From Octopus vulgaris (taxonomy: Eukaryota), in assembly GCA_951406725.2 (NCBI GenBank), contig OX597819.1, positions 22,134,001 through 22,198,000 of the forward strand: a DNA stretch of 64,000 nucleotides, written 5' to 3'. The notes under the pieces were generated by a model, which saw only the letters and a list, made by a program, of their open reading frames with translations, was not told the DNA's origin and ran no database searches. Positions 40,153 to 53,262 of the stretch are shown here, in pieces. A program made the position numbers and the translations under genes. Every line of letters begins with the position of its first letter. The first letter of the stretch is position 1.

Positions 40153-42273
40153 TTATTTCCAAAATTTTGCCATAAATCCATGACACAGAGGAGCTTGCGG
40201 GCTGGACAAAACCATTGGTTGAATGATGACAAAAGGATGATATTAAAGGGAGAAGACAAAAAACGCCCGCCGACTTTTTGCTCCTCTAAAACATAATTTG
40301 CTTTCTTTTACACTGAAAAAAAAACAAAAAAAAAACAAAGCGAGGTATTGAACCTCTTACTTCAGTTCTTACAATTATTGTACTTAATAGTCTATTTAAA
40401 AATTAGGGCGCTAAGCCTCTTACACACAAAAACATACAATACACAATATAACACTGAGGTTTTTCAACCTCTTGTCACTATTCCTCCCAACATCGCTTGT
40501 GCCCGTATCCTCCGCCATCACCTACACCTCATTCACGTCCAAGGTGGGTTCCGAGTCGGCGTCGCCCGTTCACAAACGATATCCATCATTGAGTATCTAC
40601 AGCCTACGCATCACGGGCAACGGTATGACCTCCACAGCTATCTGCGGAAGCCATTCTGGATCCCGTGTGAAGGTTAAAGGTACTCCCTTATGGTGCTTTT
40701 CCACCACCTTTTCTATATCTCCGCCTCTGTAGAAGAAGACCAATAATTCTTCTTCCTCCGGGGTCGAGGTAGTCAATTCTACTGTTGGTGGCACAAATCC
40801 CACCAACGGTGTCTCTTCCCCTGCCGGTGGCACAACCCTTACCGACGAGGTTCCGGGACATTCCGTTGCTATGTCACCAACTGCCGGCAATGTCCTGTTT
40901 CTCTTCCTCTTCCTCTTTTTTGTCTTCTCAACTGAGGGAGGGTGCGTCTCGTCCGTGACCGGAAGATTCGACTCTCCTCCCTCATCCCTAGGATCCTTCG
41001 GTGAGCACTCATTGTTGCTCAACTTCTTCCTCTTGCGGCCCTTCTTTGGGGAGTCCTCCGCCTCCTCGGCCGCTCTCATTCCTTCTTCTACAGAGGTCTC
41101 AATCAACTGCTCTAGGACATTGATTTATTCCTGAGGACAGTTTTTCTTTATATGGTCAGGCTACAGGCACCGATGACACCTGGGGTGGGCAAACCTCAAG
41201 AATCACCGGGTACCTGCACCCGGCCATTTAAAAAAAAATCTGGCATAACCAGATTCATGGCTGATTGGGTCCACAGGATCAAAACAGCTTTTAACCCAAC
41301 CCAATCAGCCACAGGAAGAATTTTCACATTGAGGAGTTTGGCTCCGCTGTCACCCAGACCCCGACAGATAGTATACTCTATCCACTCGGGTTCAATTCCG
41401 GGTGGCAAACCACAGACCCAAGACCTCGTCAACTTCTTCCCACAATAAGTGGGAAGAAACAAAGTTTCTCTACCCTCAAACGGCTGGCTCGCAAAACTGC
41501 AAGCCTCATCTGGGGTGTAAATAGCAACCACACCGTTGCATATGATACACTTAATGGTCGGCAGATGTTCCGCCAACTTCTGCTCAATCAGCTGTTTTGA
41601 GAAGACGGCAATGGTTCTCAACACCACCGTCCTCTCCTCTTGCTGTCTGAGCCACTTCTTAGGTGGGACAATCTCCCACTCTACAACCTTATTTTTTGCC
41701 ATGTTTTCCATTAAAACGTCCAAAACAATAGCTCACAAATTTCAAAAAGAAAAGAGAAATCAAAAGGAAAGAAAAGATAAGAAGAAAGCAACCAGTTCAA
41801 TAAGGAGAGTCACAATTAAAAATAGAAGAAGAAAACAACAGTTCAACAAAACACAGCAAAAATCTTCTGGGTATTCAGGTACTCCAAGCCCTATGGTACT
41901 CCGATTAGAACCTGGACTGCTCTACCTGAAATACAGCTTTCCAATTATTGGTAAACGTTGTTGTAAAACACACACTATTCGCAAACAGCGAACAACTGTT
42001 GGTGGCAGTATACGCCCCCAAACTATACTTCTCACAATGAGAAAAGTATTTTCACTTAATGTGAACAATATTGCTGAACTGCAAGTCCTGAATCCAGTGA
42101 AGACTCCTTGTTTGTAAAAAATATTACCACAGAAAACAACCCCCTCTGGTCCCAAGGGACAAAAGCCTTACCTTGCAGCAGCTACTTTTTCGCCGGCTAA
42201 ACACCGTCAACTACCTTCTTCAGTGCACAACACAATAACGCATGCTTACACTGATAACAAAGACTCATGGGAA
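40153..42273 (-). mobile_element. ORF1-only (gag-like) L1/Tx1-related retroelement with a 14-bp TSD
   Basis: TSD gtaagcaagctact at 40139-40152 and 42274-42287; 3' AATAAA abuts the TSD. ORF 41196-41723 continues through frameshifts into a CHRCL*PDHIRKNC zinc knuckle and a K/E/P-rich tail (40597-41106). No RT present. Confidence 0.7.
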
Positions 42274-42713
42274 GTAAGCAAGCTACTAACCACACAGCCT
42301 ATGTCTAAGTATATTTTGAAGAAATGGAAATTTCTGCCTATATCTGATAAACTTGTGGATATCTTTCCAGGCTTATAATTTAAAGTCTAACGAGTATGAC
42401 TGTTTTGCCATTTTAATTAATTTTAATTCCTACTTTTACTTTTTCGTTTTCCGTTTTTCCACGATTTCCCTATATTTCCTTCTCCGATTCTGCGTTTCTT
42501 CTCTCATTCAATTTTAAGTTCATTATGATACGCAGATTGTACCTGATGAATACGTTTGAGGTAATTCTTAATATGTGCAGCCCTTAGTAGTCGATATAAA
42601 CATGTATTGTGTGTATGAAATAATATATATATATTTCACCAGATTCAGTAACTTTGGTGATTTTTCCATCACGGAACAGTACATTATATACATAATGATA
42701 CATACATACATAC

Positions 42714-42792
<79 letters not shown>

Positions 42793-42796
<4 letters not shown>

Positions 42797-43475
42797 TATA
42801 TAAATGGAGTTGAACACAGATGCTATTCAAATTCTTTTTTTCAGGGCTAAGTAAATTGGTTTGGTATCTTAAAGACAACAATAAGGAGTTTAAGTTAGAT
42901 TGGTTCATCCTGTCCATATCTTTCCCTCATGATAAGGGCAAAGGATTTTGTAACATTTGCAACTCTGAACTCTTCCATATTCTCTTCTCTAAGAATCATA
43001 TTGTTAACACACTTATAGAGCGATCTTACAAATGTAAGCACTGACACAAACATACCTTTAGCTGATTTTAGTGATTTTACCAGTCTTTATAGTTTGAACA
43101 GTTAGTTCGACTTGCACTTTACTTCAATAGAGAAATCTACTTCCAAGCCTTTGAACACTTTTCAACCAACATATCCCTCTTTATTTGTTCTCTACTTATT
43201 ATTTCCTTACCCCTTCTCTTCCTTGTGTCTGCCTTTGACGTCGAATCTACTAACGGTCTTTTTTAAAAACACTTAATAGCATTCTGTTTATCATTTATGC
43301 AGTCATCAAAATTGTTATAATGTCTTGTTGTTGAAATAGGTCCTCTTTCTTTCCTGATGAGAAGATAGCATTTTACACCGTTTATTCCTTGGAATATAAC
43401 CAATGCTGTCTTCGAAACATATGTCGAAAATTAAAGAATAGCATTTGCGTTCAACTCCATTTATTTACTTATACT
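42793..43475. mobile_element. Penelope-type non-autonomous repeat with ~35-bp inverted ends
   Basis: aagtatataaatggagttgaacacagatgctattc versus gaatagcatttgcgttcaactccatttatttactt; contains the hammerhead at 43350-43429. Confidence 0.55.
43350..43429 (+). ncRNA. Type I hammerhead ribozyme, canonical core, GUC cleavage triplet
   Basis: tttc-CTGATGA-gaagatagcatt...aatgctgtcttc (12-bp stem II)-GAAA-CATATG-TC-gaaa. Confidence 0.7.
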
Positions 43476-43618
43476 ACACAAATTACTGCACATTAACCCG
43501 GAGTTTCTACCTTTGATTAGGTCGCTACATCCTTGTTACTTGCGTGAATTTTGCTACCCTGGAAACAGTTTATTGAATTTTCCATGTTAACGGTAAACAA
43601 AGGATAATTCATTCATCC

Positions 43619-43726
<108 letters not shown>

Positions 43727-44689
43727 AATATATATGCATGTATGTATTCACAGACACTCACACACACACACATATATATATATATATGTATATATGCATG
43801 TGTACATATGAAGACATTTGTGTATATATATGTGTATATGTATGCATGTGCTTCTGTACATTTTGGTGAATGATGAAACTTAAGGTGGTATTTATATTTC
43901 GATATAGGTACAAATATTTTTTCGCTGTACAATATTACGCTGCTTTCTGTTTTTAACTGTGAGAATAATTGAAACATAAACCTCAGCGCTGTGATTGAAG
44001 AACTCATAGACTTTAAGGTTATATGTAGACATCTGTCAGGACTGGGCAAATTTCGACAATACATACCGGCACACATACTTACATACCGGCAATACATACA
44101 GGGACACAGATTTACAAACACGCCCACACACACGTACAAAGAAACAAACGCACACACACACATAAGGTATAATATGCACATACTTTTAAATGTGCTTGAA
44201 CGAATGCATACATGAGGTTGGATGTACTGCATGTATTTTTATTTATATAATAAGCTTTTTTACATGTAAATATTTTAATATAAAGATATTAAGTTTCACA
44301 TTCGTTTCGTTAATGGGGATTTCACTCTGTATCTTTGCTTATCATAGATTTTAAAAGAGAATTGCTTTTTCTGGCTAAAGTCCATCTGTGTTAAGATGTG
44401 TTTATGTGTTTAAATATACAAAAAAAACATATACATAACTATATTTGTGAATGTATATACATAAACATATATACATAATGCACACACACTCAGACATGTG
44501 CGCGCGCGCATTCACGCTCACATGTATGTATATATACTAGCATTATTATAGTGCTAGTGCATGTATATATGTGTACATTTATGTGTACATATTACATGTA
44601 CATCTATATATATACATCTACACATAAAATACAAAATACAAAGTTATATCTTGATATCGCTAGTGATAACAGTACTCAAAATATATAAC

Positions 44690-45550
44690 AGACTGGAATT
44701 GTAGGCCTGTCTCTTGCAATTTCGATCAATTATATCTTGTCCTCCCTTTTGTATAGAAGTGTGGCTACAATCCAGCCTACCTCTACTTCTGGGGGAACAT
44801 TTTTAATTTTTATCCGGGACGTCCAACGTCCCAGATATACAAGTAAAAATAAAATATTTCCACTTTGCAAGGTTCGAGTCGAGTACTCCCTTGCACGCTC
44901 CGTTGACTCGAACCTTGCTTCTATTGTGGCGAATTTACCGCCTCTGGTAAGATATCTTTCATAGTCGCACCAAGACACGTTTCGATGGTGCTTTCCTCCA
45001 GGTGTTCAAATCTTTTTTTTCTCTACATTGTATACTTTACAGACAATAGTATTTTCTTTAATTTAATTTTTTATTTCGTTTGGTGGTGTAATCCTAGATT
45101 CACCGTCTTTGTCGGTGATCAATCCGAAATAGGTTTGTATTTCTTCCATTTTAATTTTAATGAGTTCGCGCCCGCTGACGACTGCAGCGAAATTCATTTT
45201 TGGACTTTCTTCTATCGAAGGCATTCTAACAAAAATGCTTCCGTGTAAACGTTGAAAATATCGTCAATTTCCCCAAACAGGGCCACAATTCAATTTTTAA
45301 GCAATAACCAAAGCTCCTTCTCCCAAAGGTGGAGGGCTATAGTTTACAATTATTTAACAAATGCAACACAACAACGTTTCCCTTACGAGGAACCAACAAA
45401 CGTGATAACAATAGTTAAACAGTAATAATAATAACAACAAACCTTACGGTGAATCAAAAAGCAGTACGCAGTTGAAGCTATAGTCCTTTATGTATAAGAA
45501 ATAAACCAACAGCAGTACTCAGTAGAAGTGACTGTTCGAGAAAACTGACA
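44690..45550 (-). mobile_element. L1/Tx1-like ORF1 fragment
   Basis: ORF 44730-44978 LFLLVYLGRWTSRIKIKNVPPEVEVGWI aligns with LFLPTYCGKKLTRSWVCGLPPGIEPEWI of ORF 41196-41723. Confidence 0.55.
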
Positions 45551-45799
45551 TTACATACAGCCAAACTTCATATAGATACTTAATGCTAGCTAATTAGCAG
45601 ATAATCTAATGTAAAAGCCGTGGTAAACGGTATGTGCACAGCTCCATCTGGACTATTCCAATTTCTGCAACACTAATTTTATTTTTAAATTATTCCCATT
45701 CATGTGAAACCACTTATTCAAGTTCAAGTCATTGATGCAATTTTATACCAATTGCTATTTTTACTTGCAAAGTGGTTATGTTACTATTATATGATACTT

Positions 45800-46156
45800 T
45801 AGTTTACAAAAGGGAGGACAAGATATTTGATAATTTATACTTACTACATATAATTCAATTGTTATTATTATACATATAATTCTAATTTTTATTGTTAAAG
45901 TGAAAGTATCTGACATAAAATAGAGAAATGTTTTTGTTTCACTTTTAACACGTAATACTGAAATAGTGGAGAAGATATGATATTGCTATGGGCTCGCCCT
46001 AGGCAAGAAGTTGAACATTTTTTTACCGATGACACTCCCCGGACCCTAAGTAATGCATGTGTAAAATTGGAATGAAATTGGTTGTGTAGTTCTCAAGATT
46101 TAAGGAAACATACAGACAGACAGACAGACACACATTCTCAGTTTTATATATAGAGA
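45800..46156 (+). mobile_element. Helitron/Helentron-like non-autonomous repeat end
   Basis: Ends gtgtaaaattggaatgaaattggttgtgtagt...(acag)n...ttttatatatagag, resembling invertebrate non-autonomous rolling-circle elements. Confidence 0.35.
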
Positions 46157-46215
46157 GATATATTATAGAGGTTTCACCGTCAATGCTCAAGTTTTCTTTC
46201 TTGTGCTACAGAACA

Positions 46216-46773
46216 AGCATGGTTACACCACTGGCAGTATGCATCCAAGAAAGATCAGAGATCCGTGATCGATTATCTGAATGTGTGTGATGGGCTGATG
46301 TTTATCTCATGTTTTTACTCGAATACGGGGTCTGCGGTCTACAGCCTGGAATTGTGATGTGTGAATCGGAGATCTAAAAAAGCCTCACAAGTATGCAACA
46401 CGAGGAGGGGGCCGGATAAACATAACCCTCCGTCAATGACGAGAAGATTCAATAATCTCGACGAATTACCTTAGGGATGTTCTCGAAAAATCTGATAAGA
46501 TTCGGCATGCGAAATTAATCACGAGAAACTTCACTACAGCGATGTCTGTTCGAGATGGGTACAGAGATAGCTTACCGCAACGCATACGCATAATTGACCA
46601 CTACAAGGACAAGGACGAAGCATCTTTGGAGAAAACGGTCAGAAGAGATGGATGACACAAATGATGATGACGTCATATCTGCTGCCGAAAACCTTTTCAC
46701 CATTATCAACGCATCTTCTCCAATTGGATGGAATGTGCGTGTGGAGAGCAAGGGGGACTACTTTGAAAAGTAA
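46216..46773 (+). pseudogene. Mariner transposase fossil, internally deleted
   Basis: N-terminal MVTPLAVC..DQRSVI and a C-terminal W..CVE.KGDYFEK* (read across frameshifts), typical of mariner transposases. Confidence 0.6.
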
Positions 46774-46905
46774 ACCGCATTTGGACACATTCCATGAGTG
46801 TATCAGGTAATGCGCTTTTCATTCGATCTTCATGCATAAATATGTAGGGAGACACATGCAGATATATATCTACATATATTCAGAGAAAACTAAAAACATA
46901 TCTAC

Positions 46906-47037
<132 letters not shown>

Positions 47038-47168
47038 AACTTATAAACAAGGGCAAAAGAAATATATATATATACTGATAACAGACTTTAAATCGTCAAT
47101 TTCCACATATCATTATACACTCACTATAGATACACGTCGTGCTGAAATCGGGGAAGCTAGCCAACAGA

Positions 47169-47624
<456 letters not shown>

Positions 47625-47695
47625 TATACATATATATATATATATATGTATGTATATATGTATATATATGTATATATATATATATAATATATATG

Positions 47696-47748
<53 letters not shown>

Positions 47749-48104
47749 ATATATATATATGTATGTATATATGTATATATATACATATAGATGTATATAT
47801 ATATATATATATATATATAAATATGTATATATACATATATACACACGCACATTCATGTAAATCTACAATTTATAATGAATAAAATAGAGCATTTAAAGAG
47901 TAAATAGAAGAATAAAGAAGTAAATAAGAAAACAAAAGGTAAAGAAGAATAAATGCAGGATAATAATTTTTCAGAACTCTTCTTTTGCAGATAATATGGG
48001 TGTTTGTCGTTATTTGCATGAATGTACAGTTCCTCGGTTAAAATTCTACGTAAATCCATGCGGTATTTTGGCAGTATTGTGATGATATATAGATATGGAT
48101 GACT

Positions 48105-48107
48105 AGG

Positions 48108-48186
<79 letters not shown>

Positions 48187-48256
48187 GTAGGTGGGTGGAT
48201 GGATGGATGGATGGATGGATGGATGGATGGAGGACGGACGGACGGACGGACGGACG

Positions 48257-48296
<40 letters not shown>

Positions 48297-48312
48297 GGAC
48301 AGTAGGTAGGTT

Positions 48313-48343
<31 letters not shown>

Positions 48344-48388
48344 GGATGGATGGATGGATGGATGGATGGATGGATGGATGGATGGATG

Positions 48389-48445
<57 letters not shown>
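48105..48445. repeat. Compound tetranucleotide array GATA/GGAT/GGAC/GACA
   Basis: Directly visible. Confidence 0.95.
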
Positions 48446-48446
<1 letters not shown>

Positions 48447-48710
48447 AACGCACGGATATATATTCTCATACAGAAACAGAAACAGTATTTAGTCTAAATA
48501 TAAACCTTATATATTCTGTTCTTTACCAACAAAATCAAATGAACATAATGCCAGTAACTTTATATTATAGGCGTTTCTCGTGAATTATAAGGAGACACTG
48601 ACGAACAAATTCAGTTGTTAAAATCATATTTAAGGTGTAATGCAAAACAGTCATGTAAACATTTCATACAAATTCTATAAAAATAAGATACTTTTTAGAA
48701 GTTCACTTAC

Positions 48711-48781
48711 GTATACCAAAAGGACAAAGCTGCGAAGAAATTTGAAAGAATGACGAACGCGAAAACGACGCGCATCTATAA
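48711..48781 (-). promoter_or_regulatory. Candidate core promoter and non-coding exon 1 of gene A
   Basis: On the minus strand, TATAGAT starts at 48780, 29 nt before the A of Inr TCATTC (48751); the 41-nt exon ends TAC|gtaagt at 48711/48710. Confidence 0.5.
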
Positions 48782-50167
48782 CGAACGTAATACCTCCAAT
48801 ATTAATAAACAGCCGCTGACAATATATCTCAGTGCAAAACCTGAATCGGATAATAATGACATTTTATAAAATACTAGCTGACAACTATAGACTATTTTAT
48901 GGCTAGCACAGAAGTGGAAACAATGGTTTCTTCTTCTGCACTTGAACTAAAAAAAAAAAAAAACAAGTTTGCACCGATCCATACAACACAAAGGATAACA
49001 TCGTAGATAAATCGATCGAGAGATAGACAAATACTCACATATAGAAACCTAAGTCAGTTTTTAGATGACACATGTTTCAAAGCTTTAATTTTCTTGCAAA
49101 TTCAGTGTTTTTAAAACCTTACTTCAGCAACTTAAAAGGCACGATATAATCGTTGCCTTAAAACTGGAGCATTGTGACACGGATATATATTGCCCTATGA
49201 AAGTTTCTCTTTATTGATTGTACACAAGTCTCAGAAATAATCGATAAAACCCTCAGAAGTTACAATATTCAGACCATTTTGTATCAACACAATACTTCTT
49301 CCTTTTTTCAAATTTCCCATCATTTTTCAATTCTCCTTTCCTTCTCCTGTCAAGTATCGACACTAAACTGCTCAGGAAACTTGTAACATTTTACATTTTC
49401 CTTTTCCTCCAATATTGTTTATTTCCATTTCTTTCCATCAATGCTCTCTTCTCATGCATCTTCAATCCCATACCTTCTGCAACTGTTTTATTTGCATTAC
49501 AATCCGGCTCACTCCGTTGCAAAATGGGACACCTGCTAGACGCGGCATCTCCAGCATTGGCTCTAGTCCCTTTCACACCGTTATCGTTAGCATTTTCTCT
49601 CATAAATGAGGCGCGATTTTAGCTTGCCACCGACCGGTATTTTTATCGAGACACCATCTGTAGCAAGGTTACCCACGAAGATGTATCAGATAATTCTGAG
49701 CAAACGAGAAACGAAAATGGCATTATGGGAGAAATGGACAATTGCTTACAAGCGTATACTCTTGTGAGTGGTGCAGAGATGAAGACCAGATGATAATAAC
49801 AGGGTTGGGATGTATTAAATGCAGAAGTCGCAGAATTTATGTGTGACTTCAAGAACGCTGACCAACGGAGACTAAACTGGCCATCTTTCTCTCTTAGATG
49901 TATTTCTCTGGTTCTCTCTCTCTCTCTTTCCCATCCTTAATAAATCTAAACACATTAGCATATGGTTTTCAACCCAACCTGAAAATCAACAACTCTCTTC
50001 TTGGTATGCTTGCACGCTTTACCTCACAGTTTTCTTTCAAGTAAGCTAGTCTGGATCATTTGTGTTTGTATGGAAGGTGATCAGCAAGAGATATATTCCC
50101 GAAGACCTTGCTTCCGAAGCAAAAGATATTTTCTTTGCTATCAGCACTAAAATAATGTTTATTGTTA

Positions 50168-50534
50168 TACTCTTTTACTCTTTTACTTGTTTCAGTAATT
50201 TGACTGCGGCCATGCTGGAGCACCACCTTTTAGTACTTATTCTATCGGTCTCTCTTTGCCGAACCGCTAAGCGACGGGGACCTAAATACACCAGCATCGG
50301 TTGTCAAGCAATGCTAGGGGGACAAACACAGACACACAAACACACGCATACATATATATATACATATATACGACAGGCTTCTTTCAGTTTCCGTCTACCA
50401 AATCCACTGACAAGGCATTGGTCGGCCCGGGGCTATAGCAGAAGACACTTGCCCAAGATGCCACGCAGTGAGACTGAACCCGCAACCGTGTGGTTGGTTA
50501 GCAAGCTACTTACCACACAGCCACTCCTGCGCCT
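50168..50534 (-). mobile_element. SINE family A, small internal deletion
   Basis: Homologous to the other copies. Confidence 0.8.
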
Positions 50535-50559
50535 ATAATTATTATTATTATTATTATTG

Positions 50560-50662
<103 letters not shown>

Positions 50663-50683
50663 TATTATTATTATTATTATTAT

Positions 50684-50850
50684 TCAGTAGTTTTATTTTT
50701 ATAGCGTGCTTTCACTTCACTACCGAGCGCAGCTCTGTGTGCCTTGGGTATAATATATTCCTTCTTAGCCAGGACTGGGCAGCTAGAGATAATATGATTT
50801 ATTGTTTCTTGTCCATCTCCACATATTCTGCAGTTACTTGTAATATTTCT
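50684..50850 (-). mobile_element. Mini R4/Dong derivative in (TTA)n
   Basis: About 100 bp matching 28946-29044 joined to about 65 bp of the 3' UTR at 29563-29637. Confidence 0.8.
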
Positions 50851-50937
50851 TCTTCTTCTTCTTATTATTATTATTATTATTATCATCATTATTATCATTA
50901 TTATTATTATTATTATCATTATTATTATTATTATTAA

Positions 50938-51019
<82 letters not shown>

Positions 51020-51020
<1 letters not shown>

Positions 51021-52440
51021 TATTATTATTATTCTATGTTTTACTTTTGCATTACATTAGCACAAGCTGTCTCCAAGTCTCACCCAGAGACCTCAAGAGA
51101 CAACAAGTTGGATGTTCGTGTTGGTGTTATGCCTAGGGTGCCATATATTTGGTTTTGTTCTCAGTGTTGTAATAGTGAATGTCTAAAAAGCCATACGAAA
51201 ATTATGTTTGTTTTAAAACTTGAGATTACATAGAAAGTATTTTGCGTAGGATATGAATAGTTCCCATGAGCACTATCTTTTGAATTTCTGCCATTTTGGG
51301 GTTTCCCGGTATCTGAGTTAGGTAGCGATCAGCCCCTTTTGCTACCATTCCCAGGGCACCTATGACAACAGGTATTGTTTTAGTCTTCAGGTTCCACATT
51401 TTGCTGATTTCTATTTCAAGATCTTTATATTTGCTCAGTTTTTGGTAGGTCTTGATAGATACGTTTATATCGATTGGGACAATCATATCAATGTGGAGGC
51501 ATGTTTTTTTTTGTCTAAAGTCTTTTACTATGAATTCTGACCTATTCGCATCTATCTTTCTGTCAGTTTGAAACGTGAAGTTCCAGAGGAGTCAGATGTA
51601 GTCATTTTCAAGCACTAGAGGTGGTTTGTGTCCCCACCAGTTTTTATCATGAGGCAAGTCCAGGCTTTTGCAAATTACCCAGTGAATATATTGTGCAGCT
51701 CTATCATGCCTGTTGAGATACTCTGTAGGCGCAAGAAGATTGCACTTGGAGACAACATGATCAATGGTTTCATTTTGTTCTTGACATACACGACATGTTG
51801 GGCTACTGCCGGTCTATAATATGTTGGCCTGGTAGTTACTTGTAGGTAGGCATTGATCTTGGACTGCTATGATAAACACTTCTGTTTCAGATTTTACGCC
51901 AGAGGCCATTAGCCATTGATGGGTAAGGCATTTGTCAACATCTGCATTATTCGCTCTCATTGAGAGGTTTTTCTTGCCATTTATCATTCAGAATATCTAA
52001 GGCAGCAGTTTTAGCACGGGCTTTCATGCGCTTAGCTTTTTCTGTGCTTGTTTCTTGTATGTCTAACTCCGAAATTTATTGTATTCGGAATTCACTTAGA
52101 TATTCCTTTGCCTGTTTTGTTACTGAGTATGATGCTTTCTTGTTTTCATGTTTTGAGACAAGTTTTAACATCCAGTCCTCAGAGTTTTTCAGGTAGGTGT
52201 CTAGGCCAATTGTAGCAATTTTCATTGTTATTGCCAGTTGTAAAAGTCCACGGCCTCCCTCTTTTCTTGACAGATAAAGTCGTTCTATATCTGCGTTAGG
52301 GTGGTGCATTCTATGCATTACCAACAGTTTTCGTATTTTTCTGTCAAGATTACATATTTCAGTCATTGACCAGTAAACGATATTGAAACTGTTAGTCACG
52401 ACTGGTATGGCTAAAGCATTGATAGTTTCGATCCTGTTTA
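51020..52440 (-). pseudogene. R4/Dong-like element 3' half (third family), degenerate, ending at (TAA)n
   Basis: ORFs 52076-52447 (INALAIPV, MHHPNADIERLYL) and 51226-51486 (KLSKYKDLEIE...VIGALG). Confidence 0.8.
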
Positions 52441-53220
52441 ATTTCATTAAATCAGTATTTAGTTAACACGTTCTTTAACCTCAGTTGCTCCCTTATTAAA
52501 TACCAGTTAAATCCAATTGATCAATCTCTATAGAAACCATGTAATAAATTAATATTTAGATAAGTAATAAGTAAATAAATATTAATCTATTTCTTTGCAA
52601 TTTTCTTTTCCTCCTTCTATTGTGCTAAATATTTGGTATACACTCAAAATATTCGAAAAAGTTTTATCCCTTTGTTAAAATTTCATTCTTAATAATCTTC
52701 TTGACTACCCTAAATTTTAACGTTATACAATAAGACAATATTGCTTGAAATGATATTTAGAAATTACTTTATTTATCTCTTTCTTAAATGGCTCTTCCCT
52801 CCTGATCTTAGTATTTATAAGGGCCTTTATATAAATGACTCTTCTAAACGAGTACTACTAAGAAACTATGAATATCATGTAGGGAGTAACAATAATAACT
52901 TCTTAAATCTATGACATAACCCTTAGTTTTTTTTTTTAAGATTAGTGTAAAATATGATTGTTCAATAACTTAAATATTCCTTTAGCTGATACCAGACATC
53001 AGTCTTTTATTGATATTAGCTAAATATGTAAATATATAATTTTTAGTTTAATATATTTTGAATTATTATACTTTTTCTATAAATCTTCTATATTGGTGTT
53101 AATAAGCTACATATATTTTACCATAGTCTGCCGTCTGCCGCCTCGTCGGCGTTCGATTCCCGGGGCGCCGGCATCGGACGCACTTCCCCTCCGATCCGTC
53201 GTCGCGACCCGTTTCCCGTC

Positions 53221-53262
53221 GGAATAAAATAGCTTAATTATTAAATTAAGCTATTTTATTCC
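53221..53262. other. Perfect 19-bp hairpin preceded by a ~95-bp GC-rich island
   Basis: ggaataaaatagcttaatt-atta-aattaagctattttattcc; GC-rich tract at 53126-53220. Confidence 0.85.
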
